Source: Dehalococcoidia bacterium
GTDB lineage: Bacteria; Chloroflexota; Dehalococcoidia; Lucifugimonadales; UBA3495
Length of the DNA stretch: 64,000 bases
Direction of reading: 5' to 3'
Assembly: GCA_965197655.1 (NCBI GenBank)
Contig: OZ240220.1
Span: forward strand, 804,412 to 868,411
This document shows positions 46,693 through 56,427 of the stretch, piece after piece (the stretch's first letter is position 1; every line of letters begins with the position of its first letter). The position numbers and the translations under genes are program-made. The notes beneath the pieces are model-generated. The model had not been told where the DNA came from. It saw only the letters and a list, made by a program, of their open reading frames with translations, and ran no database searches.

Positions 46693-48636
46693 ATGAATTA
46701 TCACTGGTTTGCAAATCCTAAGACATGGATCTACGGGTCTCTTTGCTTGTTGTTACTCCTGATTGTGGCGTGCGGCTCATCGTCGGCCCCGGCAGCGCCT
46801 GCGGAAAGTGTTACTTCAAAGTCGGTCTCTGAAGTGGCGGGACTACCGCAGGAAAAGGCCCCGGCCCCGGTGGCTCAGCGTGAACCGGCTGCGGCGGCAA
46901 AGCCCGCGCCCAGCGGTTCCACCACGACGGATACGACCGCCAAGGCTGAACCGGCGCCAACGGCAGTGCCGGCAGTCGCTCCGGACAAGCCGATGGTGGA
47001 GGCCCGTTCGGTAACGCGGTTGCAATACGCCATCGGCGCGGTGGCCAATGAGTCTAACCGCACCTGGGCCGGCAGCCGCCAGGCTTACGTGCTGTATGAC
47101 CCCATCCTGGAACAGGCCATCGGCATTGACGGCAAGACTAGCCAGTACATCCCGGAGCTGGCGACCAAGTGGGAAGCCAACGACGACCTGTCCGAGTGGA
47201 CTTTCCATATTCGCGAGGGCGTCCAGTTCCACAACGGCTGGGGCGAGTTGACCTCAAAGGACTTCAAGCACACCTCCGAGATTCTCACTCGCGAGGATTC
47301 TCGTCTGGGCACCGGCCGGTTCTTCACCGGTCGCAATGAGAAGGTCGGGTCTGACCAGTTCTTCAAGATTATTGACGACCACACCTTCACCGTAGTTTTC
47401 CACGAGGACGGCAAGCCGACCACCACCTTCGACGCCGAGTTCATAATGAGCAACGCTTCCTCGGAGATGGGGCCGTGGAGTGTGGATTTCTGGGAATCCG
47501 CCGGGCCTGTCCTGGAAGACCGGGAAAAGCTGCTCGATGAGAACGGGCTGCAGGGTACCGCTTCTTACCAGTACCTGGACCTGGAACCGGCCCAGGCTTT
47601 CGTCATCGAAAAAGCTCCGGGCCGTCACTGGACCCAGGACGCAGACGATGTTCCGGCGGAAGACCCGGACTTCCAGGAAATAAGGATTTACTGGGTGCGG
47701 GAGGATGCCAGCCGCCACGCCGCCCTGCTGGCCGGTGAGGCCCACATGGCCGACCTTCCCCTGGACCTGCAGAAGGACGTGGCTGGCAAGGGCCTGAATC
47801 TGATTCGCTCCCAGTTCACCGCCAACAACTTCTTCGTCTTCTTTGGCGGTATGTACTTGGGTGACGACCCGGATGACTTGGCAGCCTTTGACAATACGGT
47901 GCCCTGGGCCAATATGGAGCATGGCATCAAGATACGCGAGGCGATGAACAAGGCCATCAACCGGGAAGAACTGCTGGACCAGCTCTACAAGGGCATCGGC
48001 GAGCTGATGTACGTCGGCTACTACCACCCCAGCCACTACGGTTGGGATGACACTTGGCCGGAGCGCTACAAGACCAAGTACAAGTACGATCCGGAAGAGG
48101 CCATGCGGTTGATGGCTGAGGCCGGCTATGGGCCGGATAACCCCATCAAGGTTACCGTGCAGTCCTACGTCTCGCCGGGTGAATCGGAGATGCCCCAGGC
48201 GATGGAAGCCATTGCCAACTACTGGCAACAGGTGGGAATTGAGGTGGAGATTGAGGACCTGGACGGCGCCACCGTGCGGCAGCGCTACCGTGGCCGTGAG
48301 ATGCAGCACCGGGTCTGGCCCAACATCATTATCTACTTCCCCCTGGAGTACGGCGTAACCAACCTGCTGAGTAACCTGGGTTCCGGTAACGCCTACAAGG
48401 ACAACTGGACCAACGAAATGGCTTCTAAATGGCGGGCGACCACCGACGACGACGAGCGGGACCGGATTGCTCGCGAGTTCGGTAACCACGCCTTCGAGAA
48501 CTACGTAAATATGCCGCTGTTCTGGTTCCCCCACACCGTCGCGGTGGACCCGTCGGTAGTTTCCGACTGGGTCTATCCCGGCAGCACGGTGCCCCGGGGC
48601 GGCCACCTGCACAGCGTAAAGGCGGCGGCCAAGTAG
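46693..48636 (+). CDS. ABC transporter substrate-binding lipoprotein (peptide/nickel family 5)
   Basis: Signal peptide plus lipobox (LLLLIVAC), a roughly 90-aa Ala/Pro/Thr-rich tether, then an SBP_bac_5-like body. The 472-aa antisense ORF is rejected. Confidence 0.85.
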   Translation: MNYHWFANPKTWIYGSLCLLLLLIVACGSSSAPAAPAESVTSKSVSEVAGLPQEKAPAPVAQREPAAAAKPAPSGSTTTDTTAKAEPAPTAVPAVAPDKPMVEARSVTRLQYAIGAVANESNRTWAGSRQAYVLYDPILEQAIGIDGKTSQYIPELATKWEANDDLSEWTFHIREGVQFHNGWGELTSKDFKHTSEILTREDSRLGTGRFFTGRNEKVGSDQFFKIIDDHTFTVVFHEDGKPTTTFDAEFIMSNASSEMGPWSVDFWESAGPVLEDREKLLDENGLQGTASYQYLDLEPAQAFVIEKAPGRHWTQDADDVPAEDPDFQEIRIYWVREDASRHAALLAGEAHMADLPLDLQKDVAGKGLNLIRSQFTANNFFVFFGGMYLGDDPDDLAAFDNTVPWANMEHGIKIREAMNKAINREELLDQLYKGIGELMYVGYYHPSHYGWDDTWPERYKTKYKYDPEEAMRLMAEAGYGPDNPIKVTVQSYVSPGESEMPQAMEAIANYWQQVGIEVEIEDLDGATVRQRYRGREMQHRVWPNIIIYFPLEYGVTNLLSNLGSGNAYKDNWTNEMASKWRATTDDDERDRIAREFGNHAFENYVNMPLFWFPHTVAVDPSVVSDWVYPGSTVPRGGHLHSVKAAAK

Positions 48637-48674
48637 ATTCAGCCGGGAGGGCAGCGCCCTTACTGGTGCCAAAG

Positions 48675-48712
48675 GAGGCAGGTTGCTATAATAGTAACCT
48701 GCCTCTCTTTTT
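48675..48712 (+). terminator. intrinsic terminator after the SBP gene
   Basis: GAGGCAGGTT-(11-nt loop)-AACCTGCCTC followed by TCTTTTT. Confidence 0.7.
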
Positions 48713-48771
48713 AGCTAGGGGTTCGTATTAACACTTGGGTTCTTAATTAACAACTGTACCGGAGTCTTGGA

Positions 48772-49821
48772 ATGAGCGCTACGCAGGCCAACGGCAACGC
48801 CCTGGAGTTTGGCATCTTTGACTGGATTGAATGGGAAAAGCAGCCCCACAACAAGATTTATGAGGAGCGGCTCAAGCTCCTGGAATATGCCGACCGGAAC
48901 GGCTTTTACTGCTACCATCTGGCCGAGCACCACATAACCCCCTTGAGTCTGGCTCCGTCACCGTCGGTTTTCCTGTCGGCGGCCTCCCAGCGCACCAAAA
49001 ATATTCGCCTGGGCCCCCTGGTCTTCCTGCTGCCTTTTTACAGCCCGCTGCGCTTGCTCCACGAAGTCTGTATGCTGGACAACCTGAGCAACGGCCGTCT
49101 GGAACTGGGCGTGGGCCGCGGTATCGTCCCGATGGAGGCCGAACACTATGATGTCAACTATGAGAACGGCCGGGATATGTTCCACGAGGCTCTGGATATC
49201 CTTATCATGGGTCTGACCCAAGACACCCTGAACTATGAGGGCCAGTATTATACTTATAAGGACATCCGCCTGTGGGCCGAGCCACAGCAGAAGCCTTATC
49301 CTCCCCTGTGGTACGCCACCAACAACCGGGAGTCGGTGCCCTGGATTGCGCAGCATGGGTTCAACACCAGCAGCGTCTTCGACCGGTCGGTGGACGTTAA
49401 GCCTCACTTTGACCTCTACCGGCAGCTCTGGCAGGAGCATCAGGGGGATGCCAACCGGCTGAACGGTCATATCAAGGAGCCGAAACTGGGACTGACCCGT
49501 CACGTTTACGTGGCTCCTACCGATGCGGAGGCCATCAGCGATTGCCGGAAGGCATTCGATACCTGGTTCTACAACATCAACTTCCTGTGGGACAAGCATG
49601 ATGTACCCCTGCCCGCTACCATAGATTTCGACGAATGGGTGGAGCAGGAAGTACTCCTCGCCGGTTCTCCCGAGACAGTACGCGACCAGGTAAAGCGGAC
49701 GGTGGAGGAGAGCAGCATCAATTACTTTTGCTCCATCTTTGCCTGGGGCGACCTGACCCATGAACAGGTAATGCGTTCGATTGGCCTGTTCACGGAAGAG
49801 GTTATCCCCGCTTTCCGGTGA
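48772..49821 (+). CDS. LLM-class flavin-dependent oxidoreductase, paralog 4
   Basis: HLAEHH, GRLELGVGRG and the overall LLM pattern. Confidence 0.85.
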   Translation: MSATQANGNALEFGIFDWIEWEKQPHNKIYEERLKLLEYADRNGFYCYHLAEHHITPLSLAPSPSVFLSAASQRTKNIRLGPLVFLLPFYSPLRLLHEVCMLDNLSNGRLELGVGRGIVPMEAEHYDVNYENGRDMFHEALDILIMGLTQDTLNYEGQYYTYKDIRLWAEPQQKPYPPLWYATNNRESVPWIAQHGFNTSSVFDRSVDVKPHFDLYRQLWQEHQGDANRLNGHIKEPKLGLTRHVYVAPTDAEAISDCRKAFDTWFYNINFLWDKHDVPLPATIDFDEWVEQEVLLAGSPETVRDQVKRTVEESSINYFCSIFAWGDLTHEQVMRSIGLFTEEVIPAFR

Positions 49822-49951
49822 CCATTTCAGCGACCCTTAGCGAGTTAGCCCACAAGGAAAGTTCTTGCTGCAATCGTACTGAAACGGGAGGCCAGGAGAT
49901 TGCAGCAGTATTGTCCCGCCGTTATGACCCTTTATTTATGAATGTCAAAGG

Positions 49952-50476
49952 ATGGGAACAAAATTGCTTAGCTATCAAGCATCGTCGCCCAGTGGCCCGT
50001 CAGCCTTCCCCGTTTCTATGTTTATCGCTATTGTCAGCGCGGCGCTGGTAATCGTTGGCGCGCTGAGTCCCTGGGCCAAGGTGCCGGGCTACCGGAGCAT
50101 TTACGGCTTGGTTGGTGGCGAGTCCGATGTGTTCTTGGTTATTGGTACCGAGGCGCCTGGTATGATTCCCCTGGTGGGCGATGGCATGATTGCCCTGATA
50201 CTGGCCTCTTTGGCCGGCGTCCTGATTCTCTGGCGGTTGATACATCCTCCCAATTCCAGTGGCTTCATTTTGTTCGCCATTTTCCTGCTCCTTCTGGTCA
50301 GCGCGTTGGTGGGAGTGGTCAACTGGGCCAATGCCGGGAACATCCCCAGGGCCGATTCCAGGGTCTTCTTTGAAGGGAGCGTGGAGGTTAGTTGGGGGTT
50401 GATTGTGCTGTGTCTGGGGGCCTGGCCCGGTGTCTTGGCCGCTGGCTACCAGCTTTGGAAGGATGAACTTCGTTGA
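49952..50476 (+). CDS. hypothetical membrane protein (about 4-5 TM)
   Basis: Hydrophobic 174-aa ORF. The start is uncertain and no family is recognised. Confidence 0.45.
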   Translation: MGTKLLSYQASSPSGPSAFPVSMFIAIVSAALVIVGALSPWAKVPGYRSIYGLVGGESDVFLVIGTEAPGMIPLVGDGMIALILASLAGVLILWRLIHPPNSSGFILFAIFLLLLVSALVGVVNWANAGNIPRADSRVFFEGSVEVSWGLIVLCLGAWPGVLAAGYQLWKDELR

Positions 50477-50618
50477 TGGGCAGGTTTCGGACCCTTCACC
50501 TGCGGTGGCGGTGTGGGCGCCGCCAAATATAACCACATCTTCCGCAAGCAATTTCCAAAGGGCAAAGAATCAGGGACTCCTGGATGGAGTCCCTGATTCT
50601 TTGCAGTGGTTTAGAGAT

Positions 50619-51518
50619 TTACAGGTTGCGCTGCTTCGGGTCCAGCCGGTCGCGCAGCCAGTCCCCCATAAGGTTGAGCGAAAGCACCACTAGTGAGATG
50701 GCAACACCGGGGAAGAAAGATACCCACCAGGCGGCAGTAACCAGGTCGCGCCCGTCGGATACCATCAGGCCCCAAGCCGGCGTGGGCCGGGGGATTCCAG
50801 CGCCCAAGAAGCTCAAGCTCGCCTCCAGCAGAATCACGAAGCCCACTTGAAGGGTGGCCAGCACCACTATGGTGTTGACCACGTTGGGAAATACGTGCCG
50901 CACGATAATGCGGAAGCTGGAGGAACCGGCTACCTGGGCGCGGGATATGAAGTCCTGGTTCTTGATGGACAAGACCTCGCCCCGCACCTGCCGGGCATAC
51001 CTGGACCACAGAACCACACAGATTACGAAAATTACTGTGCCGAAGCTGGGCCCCCGCGACGCTACTATCGCCAAGGCCAACAGGATAGCCGGTATGGATA
51101 AGGCAATATCCACGCCGCGCATAATCAACATATCCCATCTGCCGCCAAAGTAGCCGGCAATCAGGCCCAGAGAAACCCCCAAAACTCCGCTGATGGCGAT
51201 GACCGTCAGGGATACAATCAGCACGTACTTGGCGCCGTGCAGGATGCGGCTAAGCTGGTCGCGCCCCTGCTTGTCGGTACCCAGGACGTACTTCAGGGAG
51301 CCTCCTTCCTGCCACGCCGGGGGGGTCAGCCGTTCGGCAAACTGGCCCCGCGTCGGATGGTGTGGTGCGATAACCTGGGCAAAGAAGGCCGGGATTACCA
51401 AAACCACTATCAGAATTACCAGCGGAATCAAGGGATACCGCCGTACCTCTCGCCCAAGGTTAGCTATCCCGGACGGGGAGTACCAACTGGCTTTCCTTGC
51501 TGGAGCGCTTATCTGCAT
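50619..51518 (-). CDS. ABC transporter permease (DppC/OppC-like)
   Basis: N-terminal anchor and an EAA-loop-like region ([17 protein letters not shown]). Confidence 0.9.
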   Translation of the reverse strand: MQISAPARKASWYSPSGIANLGREVRRYPLIPLVILIVVLVIPAFFAQVIAPHHPTRGQFAERLTPPAWQEGGSLKYVLGTDKQGRDQLSRILHGAKYVLIVSLTVIAISGVLGVSLGLIAGYFGGRWDMLIMRGVDIALSIPAILLALAIVASRGPSFGTVIFVICVVLWSRYARQVRGEVLSIKNQDFISRAQVAGSSSFRIIVRHVFPNVVNTIVVLATLQVGFVILLEASLSFLGAGIPRPTPAWGLMVSDGRDLVTAAWWVSFFPGVAISLVVLSLNLMGDWLRDRLDPKQRNL

Positions 51519-51542
51519 TGACTTAACTCCTGTTTAATAACT

Positions 51543-51650
51543 GTCTCAAAATGTGGTTCGAAAAGCTCACCCTGAGCGGAGCAAGACTATCTACCGCTCA
51601 CCCTGAGCTTGCCGAAGGGCGCTGCAAACAGCGACAGTGGTTTTGAGATA
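51543..51650. repeat. palindromic element with internal GCTCACCCTGAGC direct repeat, inserted between the two ABC permease genes
   Basis: The outer IR is GTCTCAAAA ... TTTTGAGAT. GCTCACCCTGAGC occurs at 51565 and 51595. Confidence 0.7.
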
Positions 51651-51727
51651 ATTTCTTGGTATTCAGCATTGTCTCGCTGGGCTCCTAAATTACAACTCTT
51701 GAAAGGGCGGTTGGCCCGGTCAGGCCC

Positions 51728-52645
51728 CTAATAACGAATGCGAGGGTCCAGGTAGGCGTAAAGTATGTCCACTATCAAGTTGGAAAGAATGTAAATCCCG
51801 GCGAAGGTAATAACTACCGCCTGCACCACCGGATAGTCCCTGGAGCGGATGGCGTCCACGGCCAGCAAACCGACGCCCGGCCAGGTAAAAACGCTTTCGG
51901 TAATTACCGCGCCGGTCATCAGCTGCCCGGCCACGATGCCGAAGAAAGTCAGGGGCGCAATGGAGGCGTTACGCAGGGCGTGCTTCCAGATTACCTTCCA
52001 CTCCACGATACCTTTAATGCGGGCGAGCTTTATGTACTCGGAGTCCAGCACCTCCAGCATTGCCGAGCGGACTAGGCGCATCATCGCCGCCACCTGGAAC
52101 CAGCCCAGGGTTACGGCGGGCAGAATTAGATTCTTTCCTCCGCCCCGGCCGGAAGTGGGGAATAGGTCCAGATAAACGGCAAATATAAAGATGAGCACAA
52201 TACCCAGCCAGAAGGGAGGCAAAGACTGACCGGCCAGCGCAATGACTTTGCCGATGTAGTCGAAGACGGTGTCCTTCTTGACCGCAGACAACACCCCGAC
52301 CGGAACGGCAATTAGCAGGCTGATGCCCATAGCGATGATGCCCAGTTGAAGTGTGGCGGGGAACCGGTGGGCCACCAGGCCCATGGAGGTCTGACCGTCC
52401 CACTTGATGGAGTCGCCAAAGTCACCGCGCAAGGCGTTGCCCACGAACTTCAAATACTGTATGGGCAACGGCTGGTCCAAGCCTAGGTCTCGCTCCAGGG
52501 CTGCCTGCTGGTCATCCGTAGCGTCGAAGGGAAGAAAAACATCCACCGGGTTGCCGCTGATTCGAGCCAGCGCAAACACGATAATGCTAACGATGAATAG
52601 GACGATTAGCGCATAGAAGCACCTGATAATGATAAACCGCTGCAT
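51728..52645 (-). CDS. ABC transporter permease (DppB/OppB-like)
   Basis: MQRFIIIRCFYALIVLFIVSIIVF... LGLDQPLPIQYLKFVGNALRGDFGDS is typical of DppB. Confidence 0.9.
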   Translation of the reverse strand: MQRFIIIRCFYALIVLFIVSIIVFALARISGNPVDVFLPFDATDDQQAALERDLGLDQPLPIQYLKFVGNALRGDFGDSIKWDGQTSMGLVAHRFPATLQLGIIAMGISLLIAVPVGVLSAVKKDTVFDYIGKVIALAGQSLPPFWLGIVLIFIFAVYLDLFPTSGRGGGKNLILPAVTLGWFQVAAMMRLVRSAMLEVLDSEYIKLARIKGIVEWKVIWKHALRNASIAPLTFFGIVAGQLMTGAVITESVFTWPGVGLLAVDAIRSRDYPVVQAVVITFAGIYILSNLIVDILYAYLDPRIRY

Positions 52646-52922
52646 ACTCGCTCCTCAGTTTTTGGAGCCGGTAATTTTCCGGCGATTGAATTACGCTGCG
52701 CAGGCAAGGACGATGGAGTTTTCGATCTCTTGCCTTTATGCCGCTGGGATTAGTCGATATACTTTATCAAATGCCTCGTATAGCAGCGAACAAAGAAATC
52801 TCCGCCAACTTGGCGTTGGCGAGCTTGGGCATACTCCGGCGACTGCGATAATTTCACCAAAATATATGCTATCAAGGGTTATGTGTCAACGAAACCAGCC
52901 GTCACGGGAGAGTATTTTAGTT

Positions 52923-53058
52923 GTCATTAGCCTTCCTGCTGTCATTCCAAGCCGGGCGAAGAATCCCAAATCCCAACCCGTCCTGGAAACAACCTGAGCG
53001 CCGGAGAATGGTCAGGCGGCCAACGGGGGATTCCAGTCGCTTCGCTCCTCAGAATGAC
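52923..53058. repeat. PAL-2 element (degenerate)
   Basis: GTCATTAGCC..GTCATTCCAAGCCGGGCGAAGAATCC ... CGCTTCGCTCCTCAGAATGAC. Confidence 0.7.
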
Positions 53059-53263
53059 AACCACAAGACCCCGGAACCCGATTGAAAGCCAATTGCACGG
53101 AATCTGTTGGGCGTGTTACAATTAGCAGTAGTGATATGCCTAATGACAAAATTGGCGTAGATTCGCCAAGGTGTTGATTAACAATATGTAGAAAGGTAAT
53201 TCGCTGGGCGGTAATTTGGCAGCCTCCCAGCTTCCCAGTATCCGTTTTTAAAAGGAGTTTGCC

Positions 53264-54529
53264 ATGAAATTGGTTGTTGTTGGGACGGGTCAAGGGGGAT
53301 CCAATATAGCGGATGAGTTCGTTGCGCTGGGGCAGTGGGTTTGGGCGAATCGAAGGATTCGTATATTTACCGGCACGGAGAGCGACCCCATATCCTGCGG
53401 TGTTTTTGCGGTAAATCTGGGGGCTGGCGACCTTTATGGTCTGGAGAACATCCCGCAGACTGACGACCATACCATTTTGTTGGGTTCAACTGATGAGTTC
53501 CGGGGGCGGGGCGCGGGCAAAGTTAACGCCGATGGCGCGGAACAGGCCCGGCGAGATTCCCGCAAGATTGCTTCCACCATCAGAGACTACGGGGATGTTT
53601 ACACTGCCGACGCCATTCTGGTCATCGCCACTACTGCCGGTGGAACCGGCTCCGGTTCAGTGGGGGTTATCGTTGACCTGCTCAAGGAAGAGTTCAAGAA
53701 ACCGATCTATGCTATGCTGGTGCTGCCCTTTGAGAACCAGTATGACGAGCCGGACAGCGTCATTAACACTGCCACTTGTCTCAAAAAAGTCCTGGAAAAC
53801 TCCAAGGCCGACGCAGTTTTTTTGGTGGACAACCAGAAGTTTGCCCGAAAGCAGGACTCTATGGGCCTGAACTACGCCACTATCAACCGGAAAATCGCCG
53901 ACTCTTTCATGGATATCCTGTGCGTCGGCGAGGAAACCGACCGCCGCTACATCGGCGAGGTGTTGGACGCCAACGACGTTGTCCGAATACTGAAAGGCCC
54001 CACCGTGATTGGCGTTAGCCACGCCCCTATTCCTGTGGTTAGGCGGCCTAGGACTTTGTTTGGCCGCATTCGCGCCGGCGGCGACCGGTCCCAGCAGCAC
54101 TTTTCGGTATCCAAGGCTCAGATTGAACGAGCGCAGAATGTGGTTACTCAGGCCTTCTCCGAGCTTTCCCTCGATTGTGAATACGTGGATGACGGCAAAA
54201 CGCTGTATGATGCCCAGCACGTTTTGGGTCTGTTCAGCGGGCCGGCAAACGAGGCCACCGAAGAGATTGTGGAGATGATGGACAACACCTTCTCCGAGCT
54301 GGTGCCAGGAGCCGGCCGGCGTAAGGGGACTTACCCAGGCCGGACTTCCGATACCATCAGCGTAACTGCCATGGTAGCGAATCTTGGTGAGGGCAAGGCG
54401 ATGGACCGGATCGAATGGTTCTACCGGGAGGCGGCCAACATGATGAACACTTCCCGAGACCGCCGCGAAGGTCGAGGCCGGCGTTGGGAGGACATCGCCA
54501 AGCTGTCCGACGTATTGCCCAACCTGTAA
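53264..54529 (+). CDS. tubulin/FtsZ-superfamily GTPase, non-canonical (CetZ/tubulin-like T1 loop)
   Basis: T1-like loop VVVGTGQGGSNIADEF, the tubulin signature AGGTGSG (nt 53636..53656) and a T7-like LDANDVV. It has no FtsZ-type C-terminal tail that I can recognise. Confidence 0.75.
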   Translation: MKLVVVGTGQGGSNIADEFVALGQWVWANRRIRIFTGTESDPISCGVFAVNLGAGDLYGLENIPQTDDHTILLGSTDEFRGRGAGKVNADGAEQARRDSRKIASTIRDYGDVYTADAILVIATTAGGTGSGSVGVIVDLLKEEFKKPIYAMLVLPFENQYDEPDSVINTATCLKKVLENSKADAVFLVDNQKFARKQDSMGLNYATINRKIADSFMDILCVGEETDRRYIGEVLDANDVVRILKGPTVIGVSHAPIPVVRRPRTLFGRIRAGGDRSQQHFSVSKAQIERAQNVVTQAFSELSLDCEYVDDGKTLYDAQHVLGLFSGPANEATEEIVEMMDNTFSELVPGAGRRKGTYPGRTSDTISVTAMVANLGEGKAMDRIEWFYREAANMMNTSRDRREGRGRRWEDIAKLSDVLPNL

Positions 54530-54598
54530 CTGTTAACTGTAAATCACGCCCAGGCCTGTTTCCTGAGCCGTCATTGAACCGAATAACTGGAGGCAAAT

Positions 54599-55447
54599 TT
54601 GAGAGTCTCAAGAGCGCCGGAGTACCGGGGAGGCACCGGCTCACCAATTCTTATTATCTTAGTTTTACTGGTCGTGCTTATTGTTGGCGGCGTGGTTATC
54701 TATCTGTTGCTGGAGAATAATCCTGCAGCCGCGCCGGTAGCGCCCAACTCACCGGCCATCACTCAACCGATTCAGCCGAATACAGTACCGGGAAGCAATC
54801 CCGCTCCCCAGGTGTCAATGCCGACCCAGCCCGAACAGCCTCCCGTCTCCCCGCAGGATACCGGCATGGAGCAGGTCGGTGACCAAGCCAGGTTTGTACC
54901 GCCGCCTGTGGACCCCCAATACGGCAATCCTCTGTACGAGGGTTATCTGGACTTCGGGCTTTTGAGCCGCCCAGTCCGAGCTTGGTACTCTCTGCGAGTG
55001 AACGCCAACACCAATATCAATACTTTGTTCCTCGCCTTCTATGACCCGGTTGAGGGTTCCCTGAGCCGTCAGGTAAAAGTAGAAAACTTTGTTCAAGCGG
55101 GGCTTATCGACAACGCCGAATTAACCGTTTATTATCCCAACGCTCCGCAGCGGGCTATCAGATTTGATCGGGAATCCGGAATTATGGTTTCCAGCCGGTT
55201 CTTCACTGCACGGCCTTATGAACCCAGCATCTTTTCCCAGCAAATACGGTTATCCCTGATTCAGCAGAGCCTAGCTTTGCAAAATCAGGAGGTCAATACC
55301 CAAGCGGAGTTGGGAATTGACCTGACCGGGCTGTCCGACAAGGAAGGCATCGTGGTGCGGCAGCACAATGCCGTGGCCGTTGAGAACGCTTTGGCCGAGA
55401 TTCAGGAGATAGTTGACCAGATTGAGAGCCGGAGGCCCCGGTCTTAG
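54599..55447 (+). CDS. single-pass membrane protein with Pro/Gln-rich linker (partner of the tubulin-like gene)
   Basis: A TTG start 6 nt after GGAGG, a TM helix (ILIILVLLVVLIVGGVVIYLLL), a roughly 70-aa P/Q-rich linker, then a roughly 170-aa globular region. It lies 70 nt downstream of the tubulin-like gene. Confidence 0.55.
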   Translation: MRVSRAPEYRGGTGSPILIILVLLVVLIVGGVVIYLLLENNPAAAPVAPNSPAITQPIQPNTVPGSNPAPQVSMPTQPEQPPVSPQDTGMEQVGDQARFVPPPVDPQYGNPLYEGYLDFGLLSRPVRAWYSLRVNANTNINTLFLAFYDPVEGSLSRQVKVENFVQAGLIDNAELTVYYPNAPQRAIRFDRESGIMVSSRFFTARPYEPSIFSQQIRLSLIQQSLALQNQEVNTQAELGIDLTGLSDKEGIVVRQHNAVAVENALAEIQEIVDQIESRRPRS

Positions 55448-55476
55448 GTCCGGCTTCGGTCCCCGGATAATCAGGG

Positions 55477-55512
55477 AAGGCGCCGAAGGATGAATTCGGC
55501 GCCTTTTCTTTT
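55477..55512. terminator. hairpin terminator between convergent genes
   Basis: AAGGCGCCGAA-(loop)-TTCGGCGCCTT followed by TTTCTTTTC. It sits between the 55447 (+) and 55573 (-) gene ends. Confidence 0.65.
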
Positions 55513-55572
55513 CGAGCGTAATTTTCGGAGGATCCCGGCATTACCGCGGGGCCGGGTTCCACCGACCGACCT

Positions 55573-56427
55573 TCAGGAGTCGCCAGGCTGGTGAGGGTTG
55601 CCCAACTCGGCCAACAGGGTCTCGTCCATCGCAAAGCTCTCCTTTTCCGTGGGGAATGAGCCGTCCCTGACCTCTTGGGAGTATTGGGAAAAGGCGTCTT
55701 TAATCACTTGGGCCAGGTTGACGTACTGCTTGGCGTGTTTGGGGACGAAGTCGGTGAACAGTCCCAGCATATCGTGAAGGACTTGCACCTGCCCGTCGCA
55801 GCCGGCCCCGGCTCCGATGCCGATGGTGGGAATGGTCAACCGCTGGGAAATGAGCTGCGACAAGGGCGCCGGCACCAGTTCCAGCACCACCGCGTAGGCC
55901 CCGGCCGCTTCCAGGGCCAGGGCGTCGGCCAGCAACTGGGATGCCTCTCTGGGGTTGCGCCCGCGCACCCGGTAGCCGCCCAGGGCGTTGACCGATTGGG
56001 GAGTTACCCCGATATGGCCCATAACCGGGATATCGCACTCAACGATGCGCTGCACAATCGGGGCCACATTCTCCCCGCCTTCCAGTTTGACCGTGTGGGC
56101 GCCGCCTTCCTGCATCAGGCGGGCGGCGTTGGTTAAAGCCTGGGCCGGGTCAATCTGGTAGGTCATAAAGGGCAGGTCGGCGACAATCAGGGCGTTCTTG
56201 CTGCCCCGGGCCACCATCTTAACGTGATGAATCATGTCATCCAGCGTCACCGGAATGGTTGATTGGTAGCCTAAAACCACCATGCCCAGGCTGTCACCCA
56301 CCAGGACAATCGGAATCTCCGCAGCGTCCGCTATTATGGCCGTGGTGTAGTCGTAGGCGGTTATCATTGGGATTTTCTCCCCCCGCCGTTTCATTTCAGC
56401 GATATTCCTGACGGTTATTCTGGGCAT
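55573..56427 (-). CDS. panB: 3-methyl-2-oxobutanoate hydroxymethyltransferase
   Basis: KIPMITAYDYTTAIIADAAEIPIVLVGDSLGMVVLGY and VKLEGG motifs. Confidence 0.9.
   Translation of the reverse strand: MPRITVRNIAEMKRRGEKIPMITAYDYTTAIIADAAEIPIVLVGDSLGMVVLGYQSTIPVTLDDMIHHVKMVARGSKNALIVADLPFMTYQIDPAQALTNAARLMQEGGAHTVKLEGGENVAPIVQRIVECDIPVMGHIGVTPQSVNALGGYRVRGRNPREASQLLADALALEAAGAYAVVLELVPAPLSQLISQRLTIPTIGIGAGAGCDGQVQVLHDMLGLFTDFVPKHAKQYVNLAQVIKDAFSQYSQEVRDGSFPTEKESFAMDETLLAELGNPHQPGDS

Noticed and set aside
47254-48672. 472-aa ORF antisense to the ABC substrate-binding protein gene
   Set aside because: The + strand ORF has a signal peptide, a lipobox and SBP family-5 character. The antisense product is low-complexity (V/G/H/R/L-rich).
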